DNA of 64,000 nucleotides from Podospora anserina (taxonomy: Eukaryota): positions 1 to 64,000 of the forward strand of contig CM030334.1 in NCBI GenBank assembly GCA_017654855.1, written 5' to 3'. Each line of letters starts with the position of its first letter. Position 1 is the stretch's first letter. Below are positions 52,092-64,000 of this stretch, in pieces. The position numbers and the translations under genes were made by a program. The notes under the pieces were generated by a model, which was not told the DNA's origin, did no database searches, and saw only the letters and a list, made by a program, of their open reading frames with translations.

Positions 52092-54222
52092 CTAGTTGGA
52101 GATCTTGCAGAGCTTGCCGACCTGGGTGGTTAACCAGCTGGGCTGGCCCTGGATGGTCCACCTCTCGGCACCGACGGCAGTGGGAGCCCAGAAGAGATCG
52201 TTGGGGTCGACCTCGCGCTTGATGCTGAGCAGGCGCTGGTAGTTGGTGCCAAAGAAGGCCTCGCCAAAGTTGGGCTCCATGACATCGCCCTCGTTGCCGT
52301 AGCCACCGGGGCCCCAGGCACGGAGACGCTCCATCCAGTCGTGGGTAATCTTGTTGTTGGTGGCGGCCAGCTCGGGCTCGGGGGTGCCAGGGGCCCAGCC
52401 GGCGCCCATGATGGCGAACCAGATGGCGTCGCGCCAGTGGGAGTTGGCGGCCGAGTTGGGAGTGCCCTCGGTCTGGCGGGGGTTCATGTTGTACTGGATG
52501 AGCGCGGAGCCCTCCTCGACAATGGCGCGCATCTCGTCGAATAAGGCGTCGCGGTTGGTCGAGTTGTTCCAGACGCTGGCGGGGAACATGCGGGAGGCGG
52601 TGCGCATGTTGCTGTTGGCCACGGACTCGGCAGGGAAGTACTGGGTCCAGACGTCATAGAGGTTGTCCTTCTCGAAGAAGTTGGGGGTGAAGGCGAGACC
52701 CATGGCAGTCCACTCATTGAGGAGAGGCTGGACGTGAACCTTGAACTGGGCGAGGGTCATGTTGGGCATCATGAAGGGGTGGAAGGTCCAGCTGTAGCCA
52801 CCGGCGGCGGTGAATAGAGGGAAGACGGTGGAGTAGCCATAGACGCCCTGGGCGGCATAGTCGGGGAACTTGCGCCAGTAGGCATACATGGCCTGCCAGA
52901 AGACGGCGATGCTGTTCTCGGACTCGGGGCCGGCGTTGAGGGTCATGGAGAAACCAGCAAACTTCTGCTTGGGGTGGACCTTGACGGTGATGGAGGTGAC
53001 GACACCGAAAGTGCCCCCGCCGCCGCCACGGAGAGCCCAGAACAGGTCGGTGTTCTTGGTCTCGGTGGCAGTAACGAAGCGGCCGTTGGGGAGGACGACA
53101 TCGATGCTGAGGACCTGGTCGGAACCGAGACCATACTTGCTGCTCAGGGGCGAGTGGCCACCACCAGCAAGGTAACCACCGGCAACACCAACACCGGGGC
53201 ACTCACCACCGACAGCGGTGACACCGAGGCTGTTGGCGGCCGCATAGAGCTCACCAACCTGGACACCGGCACCGAGCTTGAGGGCAGGGCCATTGTAGGA
53301 AGGGCTGCGGAACGACTTGACATACTTGATGTCCTTGAGGTTGTGGGTCCAGATCGAGAGGGCACCGGCGCCAGTCGACTTACCAAGGAAGTCGTGACCC
53401 GTGTTATGGACGACAAGACGGAGGTTCTGGTTGCGGGCAAAGTTGACGGCAAGCTGAACTTGATAGACGCTGTGGATCTTCACAGAGTAGGAGGGGAAGC
53501 TGCCCATCTCGCAGGTGCCGGTCTGGCCGTTCTGGGGCATGCACGTCTCGCCCTGGTAGAGGGGGGACATGACCGAGGTGGGATCACTCGCGTGAAGAGC
53601 AGACTGAGCCCAGTTGGCAAGCACATATTGGCACTTGGCAGCATTGTAGACGCCGCTATTGGGGTAGCAGACGGCACCGATGGGGACAGTCTCGATGAGG
53701 GCGCCACCGGTCAGGAGGTTGAAGACGGTCCAGCTCAGACGGGATGGCCAGGCACGGTCACCGGGGAACACCTTGCAGTCGCCGACCTGGAAGCCCCTTG
53801 AGAAGCTTCTCTTGGTGGTTACGCCGGAGACGTCTTCGTCGAAGGTGAAGAGATTGATGTCGCTGAGGTCAAGAGCGGTAAGGTTGGCGAGGACGGCATC
53901 GGTCAACAGCAGGACCTCACCGGCATCCCCAACCACCTCGACCTCGGCAGCCGGGGCGACGGTGGTCTCGTTGGCAGCTACAAGACAGTCAGCAACCAAG
54001 GCAACCTAGCGTAACCAACATCTACCCCCGGCGGATAGGGTGATATTGAGGCATCCTAGCTTCCACGTTGGAGCAGCATGGCATCGTGGGAAAGAAATAT
54101 TGGCTGGACATACAAAGGACAGACCCGTCTTCGGCGAGAATGGTTGGCTCTGTCTGGGCCAAACCGAGGCGAGCAAATGTACCCGCAAGGAGCAGGGCGC
54201 GGGAGAGGGATACAGCAATCAT
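52092..54222 (-). CDS. Secreted FAD-linked oxidase (berberine-bridge-enzyme-like); intron ~53979-54114
   Basis: Signal peptide; NTGHDFLGKS; GGECPGVGVAGGYLAGGGH; YGNEG..NYQRLLSIKREVDP. Confidence 0.93.
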
Positions 54223-57033
54223 GGTTGTCAAAAGTTGATCCAATGATGCTGGTGAGAGGAGCGGGAGGGAGTGAGGTTCACGACATCAAGAACTGCGATC
54301 TAGCAAAGGTTATGTAGCCCGCAGATCCGGGAGGTGCCGGATTGCTGCCCCCCTTTCAAAATTGCGTTTGCCCCCTCGATACCCAGCAGAAGAAGAGCCT
54401 GCTCGGATCAGTTGCCGAATCCCTATCAATCCTAGCATGAACTGGTGTTGTTGGTGGCAGGGACCCAGGCAGTTCACAACATGTCCGCGACCAGCATCCC
54501 GGGCTGCCATGCGGCGGTGTGGGGTCTAGAGCGAATTGCGACGCCTGCCCTCGTAAGAGCCAGTTGAGGTGACGGGAGAAATGGCATCATTACCGATGAC
54601 ATGGTAATTTACACCCCAGGCAAGTGTGGAAAGATGGATAGGTATGGAAATTGTATTCCTGCCGTTCCGGATTGGCTGGACAGGTCTTGCGGCGCGTGGC
54701 ACGTGGGCATGATATGATGGTGGAAGGACGTTGTAGTATGGAGAGGGGCATTGTTGTGTTACCATGATGTTTATTACCTGTACACTGCGACAATACAAAA
54801 TACTTGAAGTTTCTAGACCCCGGTATAGCATCTCTGGACCTTTTTGTTTTGGGGGGGGAACGCGGGGCCCTTCGGGGAGCAGAGGTTCATCCGGTGTTGC
54901 GGGAGGTGGGATAAACGAGACGAAAGCGGGGGAAAATGTTACCCTTCTGTGCGCTCGCCGGGACCGGCGCTTCGCCCGGTCTTCTCTTAGCACGGATTCA
55001 GTGGGTTCAAGGGGAGTCCGTGGGGTCCGGAGCGAAAATCGACAATCCCTTCTGGAACTCTCAAAGCCAGAACCATCTTCCCCACCGTCGTCGCCGGCAG
55101 AAATGAGGGCCTATGAGGAGGGTTCGTTTGTAAAAAGGACACGGGCATTCGGATATAAATACCTTATGAATCATCGTGACTACGTACATACCGACATACA
55201 TATCACCGACCGACCACCTGGTTAAATCCTCGTCGTTTACCGCATGGCTGCATCCCAGATCTAGCCACCAAGCCACTGTTGCCCCCTTTTCCTCTTGCCT
55301 TTAGACACGGCCGCCTAAACTGCTGGAATTTGCGATTCCTCAGCAGATCAAAAAACGTGTTTGCCGTTGCCTCAACTAATGCAAGCTAAAACAGACTAAG
55401 GACTCTTTGGGCTTGCCAAGTCACTCGGTCAGTCCTTAGCCCGGCATTATCCTGCAACGTCAAGCTGCCCTGGCAGTTACTGTGGAGAAAGGCACTCTTG
55501 CAAACCCGAGGGACTGTTTCCCATCTGCATGTTTTGTCTGACAGGTTGACGGCACTTCTTGTCCCAAAGTGCGCTTACTACGGTTATTTACCTTGGGTAG
55601 ACTAACGACAGGTGCGGCTCGGTATCCCGCTTCAATACCAACAACAATGTCAAATATCTGCCTCGCCTGAGGGCTTTTTTGCACATCATGGTTGTTCGCT
55701 CTGGAAAAAGAAAAACCCATGGGATGCTTGGCCAGCTGCTTGTGCCTCCGACCTGTGTCGAGTCATGGAGCACCCTGTCTTTGTCCTCTTGGCCGAGGTC
55801 CTGGGTTGTGGGTCTTCGGCCGGGGGGACTTTGCTGTGGGAGCTTTATCCTCTGGGAGACATTCATTTTTGTGTATGTCAGTCTCTGGACCCCCAAAACT
55901 CTATCGGCAGGAATCTCACCAGCGAAAGTGTGATCGGCGACAGCGACAACGATAACACGTGGTGATGCCTCTGCAGATCCGATCTTGTTGTCTACCCACA
56001 CATGCGTGACAGGGGAACTCCGCAAAGATCTGCCGATTGACGATGACGAGAGATCTCTGGGACTACATAGTTGTCATGATCAGAAGGTTGATGCAGTGGT
56101 ACGATATAACGACACCGCTTCTTCGTCGACGTAAAATGGCAAAGCCTTTGCACTTTATAAAACAGCAAAGACCATTTCTCCTTTAATAGGCATTACATAA
56201 AAAACCAAACCCTCACACTCCGCCCTTCTCACTCCATATCGGACAGGCATCTCCACCAAAGTCATGCCGGGAGCTTCCAATGAAAAGCGTTTTCACCCTG
56301 GCGGGGAGAACGGCTTGCTCTCGCCGGGACGGTCTAGCTTGTCTTCCTACTTACTCGTCCGAGAACCCGTTGATCATTGCCCGGAAGGGGGTTTCCCTTG
56401 ACACCAAGATTTATGTAGCAACTGACTCTAGCTTGCAGCCAAGACTACTTCGCCGACTTTGCCTGCCGCACATTTGCTGGGTTCGGAGTGTGTGTGGAGG
56501 CTTGGGTATGTATGACAAGGGCTTCAATGTCCACTTCCCACGTGGAATAAAGGGATTCTGACTTCTTGTCGAAATGAGGGCTTCTTTTTCTCCCTTTGGA
56601 ACTTTCTTCTTTCCTGCAGGCGAAAAAGCACAGGTGCGGCCACCAGTCCACTATTGTAAGAACTTTGTTGTCGCCCCCTTTTTCCACCCCGGGAATCCGC
56701 TCTAATGTAACGTACGTTGTGGTGTTTATTTGGCACAACCCAGCCAGTTCTGCGAGCGTCTGGTGATGATCATATTTCATAAAGCAAGGAAGTTGCTGTA
56801 TTTTTGTTTTCTACTGCTACTGTTATATACCTATTTGTGCCTCGGTGTTTCTGGTACTTCCAAGGATTGTTCTTGATTGTCGTTCCCTTCCCTTCTCGTC
56901 GTAACCTCCACACGGCTTCGATTATCCCGCCCACAGCCCGCTGCGATTCGGCCCGTGTTCCAGACTATGCCGTTTGTTCTGTCCGGTTGTTAGACCACGG
57001 GATATCTCAGGGTGATATCAGTCGCTCGCAAAA

Positions 57034-58383
57034 ATGACACTCCTTCCTCGCCACCCACCGCACCCCAACGTGCTTGATATCCCAACACCACCACTACAAC
57101 AAGCCGGTCTCTTCATTATTTTCTTCTTCACAGCTATCGCCTTCGTTGCCTTCCTGCTCCGGCTCTTTTCCCGGCACAAAACTGGACAATGGGGTCTCGA
57201 CGATGCTATGGTGGGCTGTGCCATGCTGTTCTCGCTCCTGATGATTGGGCCTTTCTATATGTGTAGGTCTAGTTCGACAAATTCCTGCTCGCGGCGAATG
57301 CTAACAACGTATAGACATCAAACTCGGATACTTTGGCTGGAGACAAGAAGACGTCCCACCAACATATGATCCAACGCCGGCATTTTGGTGGTTCTTCCTA
57401 GCACAATTGTTTTACAACCCTATCTTGGCCTTCGTCAAGGCTTCGGTACTCCTGTTCCTGCTGAGACTCGGTGGTCAGAAGCCTGGCGTTAGAATGGTCA
57501 TCTACGTCCTCAATACCTTCAACGCTCTGCAGGCTATCGCCATCTTCCTGGTTGCGCTGCTCCAGTGCTTGCCGATCGAGGCCAACTGGGACTTTGCCCT
57601 GAAGGCTGACCCCAACACCCGGTGTATTGACAACAGCTTCCACGTCATTGCGTCCTGCTTGACACTGTTCACTGACATCTTGGTTGTTGTCATTCCATTT
57701 TGGATTTTCTTGGGCCTTAAGATGAAGAAAGCGGCCAAGGTTGCTGTTTTGGGAATCTTCCTGCTCGGTCTTGCGTACGTTTCCCTTTTTTGTGACCACC
57801 GTTCTCCCAACTTCCGCTAACCTTTGATATCCACAGTGTCACCATTATCGGCGCGGTCCGACTCAACGGCATCATCAAGCTCTTTTACAGCACGCCCGAC
57901 GGCAAGGACCCATTCCACGACGTGACCGTCACCCTCTCCGTTGTCGAAGCCAACATCGCCATCGTGTCTGCCTGCGCGCCAGCCCTGCGACCGCTGTTCC
58001 GCATGTGGATGCCCGTCCTCTTCGGCGGCACCACCGAGCGTTACGGCAACAAGTACACCCCCAACAGCAAACTGCCTCACTACGCCGACCAGAGCAACAC
58101 CAAGGGCGGCAACGGCACCGGCATGCGCGCGGACGACGTCACGCTCAAGAGCATCAAGGCGACGAGGAACCGCGACGGGCACACCGAGTGCCGGAGCGCC
58201 AGCCCGAGCGGGAGCGAGGAGGAGATCATGACGTACAATGGGATAATGCGGACGACAGATGTCAGGGTACAGTACGACGGCGCGAGCGGGTTTGCGGTGT
58301 CAACAGGGGACAAGAGCAGGCCGAGTGTAGACTCCAAGGGGGTGGACTTTGTTGTTGCTGTTGAGGAGAAGAGGACAGTGTAA
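57034..58383 (+). CDS. PTH11-like (fungal rhodopsin-domain) integral membrane protein, no CFEM; introns 57263-57314, 57775-57836
   Basis: LRLFSR..WGLDD, VKASVLLFLLRL, QCLPI..NWD, TDILVVVIP, VVEANIAIVSACAPALRPL. Confidence 0.92.
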
Positions 58384-58465
58384 TGGCATGAATTTGGGAA
58401 TCAACAACAATGTCAAAAAAAAGGTGGTCAAAAAGGTGGTTGATGGGAATTTTCGACGGGACACT

Positions 58466-61400
58466 TTAGGGGCGCACCCCCCAGATCTTACAGGCGCACC
58501 CCCCTAATAGGGGTTATGTTATAGGTACAACAATTTTTTTTGACTCTTGCTACATTAATTAGCTACTCCTAACTCCTTGCCTTTCTTTATATTTTTCCAA
58601 CTAGATCTTCGCAAAATTCCGAGACTCTAGTTTTTTTATATTTAAATTGCTTAAATTTATGGTTTTGCTGAATAGATTTTTACAATATAAATAGCATTAA
58701 CTTACTTATTTTTCCTGCTAACTTTATATCATTCCGGTATTATACTTTTCTTTTTCCTTTTAATTGAAGGTTTAAATTCTATGCTTTATTTAACTATTCT
58801 ATTTATTTAAAATTTTCAAGTTATATAATAATATTAATAAATTTTTTCATTTATAAAAACCTAAGTAGCTATATTTCTACGGATAAAAAGCTTCTTGATA
58901 AGGCTTAAATTAAAAAGTCTGGGATTTTAAAATATCTATATATTAATCCTACAATTAATTAACTATATTTCTTGTTCCCAATTTTATACTGTGTTATTAT
59001 TATACTTTTCCTTGTTTAAAGATTTTAAACTATATAATAAGACTAACGAATTTATACTATTTAAAGAAATGATTATAAATTTTTCGGAATTATAATTTTT
59101 ATATAATTACTAACTTAAAGTTAAAGTATGTTAAAACTATTAGTTTAAATTTTGTTAAAATTAAAAAGCTAAAGTATATTTTAACTGTAAATATTCATGT
59201 AGTAATTCTTAATAAGTCATCATTTAAAAAGTTAGAGTAATATGAATTTTAAACCATATGGGTCATTTAGCTTTTGTAATATAAAATATAAATATAGTTT
59301 TTAATATAACATAGTATTTAATGTACTGCAACTTTGATTTATAGCGGATGATAAACCTTTTTCGATATTAAATAAAAAGTAATATGGTATTAATATTATA
59401 TTTCTTTAATAGTCATTATTTAGCAGTTCGTGATATTAAATATTTTTTATATAACGGAAAAATAGGTTTTTTTTCTAACGTAGCGTTCTCAGAGGATTAT
59501 AACTTTACTGTTTAGAGCTATTTTAGCTCTATATAACTTACGTTTCATTTTACTATTTTAATAGTAGGTAAGGCTACTATTTTTATTTTCCATATTATAC
59601 CCCGGCGCTTTCTTTCTTTTTAAAACAATGACTCATTATTAATAAATCCTTGAATAGCTTTAAAGTCTTCATAACTTTCTTGAGAACATACATTTTATTT
59701 CATGACTAATATAAAGTTAAAATATATTAAAACTGTTAATTTAAATTTTTTGAAAAGTAAAAAGTTAGGGTATATTTTATTTATAAATATTAATCTAATA
59801 ATTATAAATAGTTAAACTTTTAACGGTTAGAGTAATATATCTTATATTATATAAGTTATTTAATCTTTATAGTATAAAAACGTCAGTATAGTTTTTAATA
59901 TCACATAGTACTTAATATACTAAAATTTAATTTAATAAAAAGTGATTAATCTTTTTAATATTTAATAAATAATAATATATTATTAGTTTCCTATTTTTTT
60001 GTTATTCATTTAGTAATTTATTATGTTAATTAGTTTTCCTTTTTATATAAGATACATTGCGCTGCACCTTGATACTAAACTGAAGGTATACTAATTAAAG
60101 GTACTATAAAATATAGAGCTATGCTATAGGTAGTTAAGGCCCACAATGAAGGAAATTAGCCTCTAGCTAATGGCCGGTAAGTATTTTCGACAAGTCAGTC
60201 ATTCCTCGAGAAACTCCAATTACTAAAAATATCAAAATTTAGAGTTTCAACGTATAGTAAGTGAAGTTTGCGCCTAGTAAAACTTCGGTAACATTCGATT
60301 TTTTTGATGCTGTGAGCGCTGCGCTCTAATAATACGAAAGGATCTTTTTTGTATCAGTCTTTTAAGGGTTTATAATATTACTGTTTGGATTTATGTTACA
60401 CCTTCGTTATTAGCGTTGACTTTTCTATTTTTAACAGTAGGTAAGGCTACTATTTCTTTCTTTTAGATTGTGCTCCAGCGTTTTGTTTTTTTCAAAAAAA
60501 GTTACTTATTATAATTTATTTATAATAGAAAATAAAAGAAGGATTTCAGATATTGTATTTTTAAGATAAATATTTCATTAAAAGCTTTTGGTAAAGAAAT
60601 AATTAATGTTATTAATATTTTTTCTTAATAAACTCACGATCTTTAAAATCTAGTAAAAATAATAATAATTAATAAAAAAATAACTAATAATCCTAATCTT
60701 AATTACTTAAAAAAAGTTTTATTAGCGGCTATTTAAAAAGCTTTAAAACTGAGACGGCATACAGCAGAGAGCATGGTACAGAATTAGGGGTGCAGGGAGC
60801 AAAGGGAGCAGAAGAGGGCTAGGGCTAATAAGAGAGCAGGAGGAAGCACAGGTCATGTGGGGCACGGGTAGGAGCACAGGCTGGGCGGAGCAGGGCAAGA
60901 ATATCTTGGAGGGCAAGCAGGCTACGCACAAAGTTTCGGTTCTTTTCTTTTTCATTTTACGATTACATTAGCTATAAAAATACAGTATTAGCTGTGACTT
61001 ATTAGCACTTTAGGTTCGTGACAAAATATATTGCAAATTAAAAAATAAATAGTCTATAATTACCAACAAGATTTTACTGCATTTCCGAGAAAATATTATA
61101 AGTAATTATATAAAATAAATCACTTATATTTATTTAGTTTTAAATGCATTGAAATCTCAAAGATATAAAAGTAATAATCCATATGAAAATAATATTCTTA
61201 TTATTATAGAACTTTTATAAAACTCTAATAAGTACTAAATAAGATCAAGTTAGTAATATTGAAAAGATTTTACTAATTAAACTTTAAAAAATAATTAAAT
61301 TTGATATGGTAGTTTTTAAATAAAATAGCATGTAGAAATTTAAAGGTAAAGCTTTTATAATTTAACAATATAAAAGTTTAAAAGTTAACTTCTATAATAA

Positions 61401-61565
61401 TAGTTACAGTTAAATAAATTTAAATTAAGTTTCGTTTAATTTCTATAGAGTCTATTAAATTAAAGTAAAAGAAATTAAATTTTAATTCTTAAATAAACTA
61501 CTAATAGCTTAAGTAATCCAAATAAAGCTTCGCTTTATTTTTCTATAGTTAAGTTTGCGCCCTCA
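58466..61565 (-). mobile_element. RIP-destroyed ~3.1-kb element with relic ORF and internal duplication, family unknown
   Basis: Sharp switch to AT-rich TpA-biased sequence; 59110-59426 ~ 59707-60017 and 59550-59640 ~ 60420-60510. Confidence 0.6.
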
Positions 61566-62007
61566 GGGACGTACACTACACATGCAGTCAAAAGTCTTGT
61601 ACTATAGTAAAATCTCCTATTACAAACGAATGTCAATATCATGAGATTGCGTAAATAAACTAAGAGAGGAAAAAGCACTAGCTACAAGAAGAAGATACCC
61701 GAGGCTATAGCACTGACCCTGCCCGGCTCAGAGCACACTGGTTCAACTAGACGGGTAGAACCCTAACCCTTAGCATGGGAAACCATGACATCTCCATGTA
61801 AATATGGAAAAAGGAGAGAAGGCATACAGGAGAGGGACCAGTTAGTCCATAACATATGTAAGCTCGTCTAAAGAAGCATAGAACTGTCGACCTACTACTC
61901 TGCCTTTTATCTCGAGTCTTATTTCGTCGGATCGCTAACATCTTCTCTCGTATCAAACCGTACCCAGCTGCGGCACCAGCAATAGCAAAATAATACCTAA
62001 CTATCTA

Positions 62008-63379
62008 TTAAGAAACACGATTATTATGCACCTCTCTAAGGCGCTTAACCCAGTGCTTCCGCAATGGCTCTGGCATCTTGCAGAAAAACATCGCTTTGTT
62101 CTCGTCCGTCAGCAGCTTTTCGGCGATTTTGATCTGCAAGTCGGGGTCCTCCTCGCGGAAATCCCCAAACAAGATCTCCATAGCCTGTTCCTGCCAAGTA
62201 GGGCGAGCCTTGGCCCCACGGAGAGCCTCGGCTAGAACTGTGATGTCACTGGCGACGGGAGGGGCGGTTGGGAGCGACGGGTGGGTGCCGACTGTGTGAG
62301 ATGATGCGACAGCAATGCCAGTGCTGTTGCTAGTGCTGCTCCCGCTGCTTTGAGTCGCGTGATTGCTGAGAGCAGGATGCAGGGCGTGGTTAACATTGTT
62401 TGCGGTCGCTACATGAGTCTGCTGTTGCTGAAGATCGATGTAGTTCGGAGGAGCAGTGCGCCGACGCTTGTCAGATTGGATGGATTGATTCGTAGTCGCG
62501 GCGTTGTCGCCGGCGTGCATGCGCTTCCTTGGTTGCTGTGGGTTCTCTTCTGGCGGTGTCAGTGCAGAGGTTGTGGATGGAAGGGAGGCGCGAGGCTGAG
62601 GCGGCGGGGCCATTGCCGCTGGGGGCCGTGAAAGCTGTTGTGAAGGCGCCGGGAGAGGGGTCGGCATAGAAGGCGCGACAATACTAGGCTGCTGCGGAAG
62701 AGGCGGCGCAATATGCGTCTGTACAGGATTGAGATAGCTCGTGTCGGTGAGCATGTCCATGATAGATGTGCCGGGTGCGTCCGATTCATCGGTGCTATTG
62801 AGGCTGTCCGGTCCTTTCCTGCGAGGTTTGGTAAGACGCTTAGGGGCGCCGCCAGATCCAGGCACGTCAGGGAAGAGGATCTCGTAATATTCTTCGTGTT
62901 CGAAAGGTCGACCTTTGAGCGAGCGAGCTAATGGTTCTTTCTGTACAACACATTGAAGTCAGCAAGGCGGTTATAATCAAGATGTCGCAATGGCGGCGAC
63001 GTACCTGGAGATGCCTAGCCCAAGCCTCTTCAGTGCCAGTCACTGTCCTGTTTTGTGGATTGTAGTAGAAAGAGTTATCCTCCCTCAAGCCAATCCACAG
63101 GCGGTACTTCTTGCGGGCATTGTCACTCTTGTTGATGAGATGACTCTTGTTGGCATAGGCATTGTGTTTGTCGATAAGGGCTTGGATAGCACGGTCCCAA
63201 GCCTGGGGCTTGAAGGTGCTGCCTTCGCGCAGACCCAGGTTGACTGACTCGCATAGCGAGCGGAAGAAGGTAGCTTCGTACTGCGAGTTCCAGGTGAAGC
63301 GCGGGCCACGATGTTTGCCCGGGGTGCTGTCGGAGGGTTTGGCGCCTGGAGGAGCAAGTCCGTAGTCCTGGTCAGACAT
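62008..63379 (-). CDS. Myb/SANT-like DNA-binding protein (~435 aa; intron 62941-63004)
   Basis: RFTWN..E..F...GSTFKPQAW...NKSDNARKKY..W...YNPQNRTVTGTEEAW; splice joins the two ORFs in frame. Confidence 0.88.
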
Positions 63380-64000
63380 GGCGTCCAGCACCCACGTAGG
63401 TGGGACCCCGACGAGGACCGGAGCAGCCGTTTGGGTTAATGGTTTGCAGCTTGGCTATGGACGATACGGCGGGCTATCGGTGGCGGCAGCGACGGGGTCG
63501 GCTAGAGTGGCGATAATGCTTATAAATGTAAACTGGTAGCAGTTGGGCCGAAGGTGCTGCGCAGCTGAAACGGAGAAGGGATCCGACCACAGTTTATCAG
63601 TGCCGTGGAGTTGGACTGTACCGGACACTTAGATCAATTAGAGGGCCGAGGCAAATGTTATGCTAGCTATAGGTTAAAGGTAAAGCGAGATGGAAGTAGC
63701 CGATGCATAATACTGTTTATAGTAGTAAAAGAAAGACCGTTTTGTAGTATCAACTGCGGCTAGCTAGTTGATGGGTATGATGTTGGGAGTTTGAGGTGCA
63801 AAGACGGTGGAGCGGGAGTGGAGGCTGGAGCGAAATGATGAAACCGGGATTTGCTTTTGAGACCGTAAAACAAAACGGAAATAGCTAGTCACGTGTATGC
63901 GTGTCGGTTGAATTTCTTCTTAAGTAAAGTGCGGGGTAACGACGATGAGTTAATACTAAAAGAACTCTACACTATAGCGGGGGTAAATTTGTACCAAGTT

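Noticed and set aside
54300..57030. Short ORFs in the BBE/PTH11 spacer and in 39165-40387
   Set aside because: No motifs or coding bias; likely regulatory or UTR sequence
61759..61770. True telomere or healed break
   Set aside because: Only two CCCTAA-like units; treated as part of the 33-bp motif finding

Overview
Eukaryotic (fungal, Sordariales) genomic window; the ITS/18S signatures, gene style and LTR family fit my recollection of the Podospora anserina species complex (not verified by search). 1-14762 is the end of a tandem rDNA array: two ~8.3-kb units (18S-ITS1-5.8S-ITS2-28S-IGS, no group I introns or 5S seen), with the last IGS cut off at a TA and fused to a RIP-mutated Ty3/Gypsy integrase. 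14763-~21060 is an AT-rich, RIP-mutated transposon graveyard, including a four-level nest of solo LTRs whose three inner members have exact target-site duplications. ~21500-58400 is euchromatin: a coiled-coil/C2H2 pseudogene, BOS1, THI80, a membrane protein, an archaemetzincin, a redox cluster with a Zn2Cys6 regulator, an apparently catalytically dead RhoGAP, GFA, a 2OG-Fe(II) oxygenase, a BTB-like protein, an MFS relic, tRNA-Gln(CTG) and a divergent BBE-oxidase/PTH11-like pair. ~58470-61560 is a RIP-destroyed element with an unrecognised, internally duplicated ORF, followed by an intact Myb/SANT-like gene. I found no clearly new complete biological system; the best leads are listed as findings.
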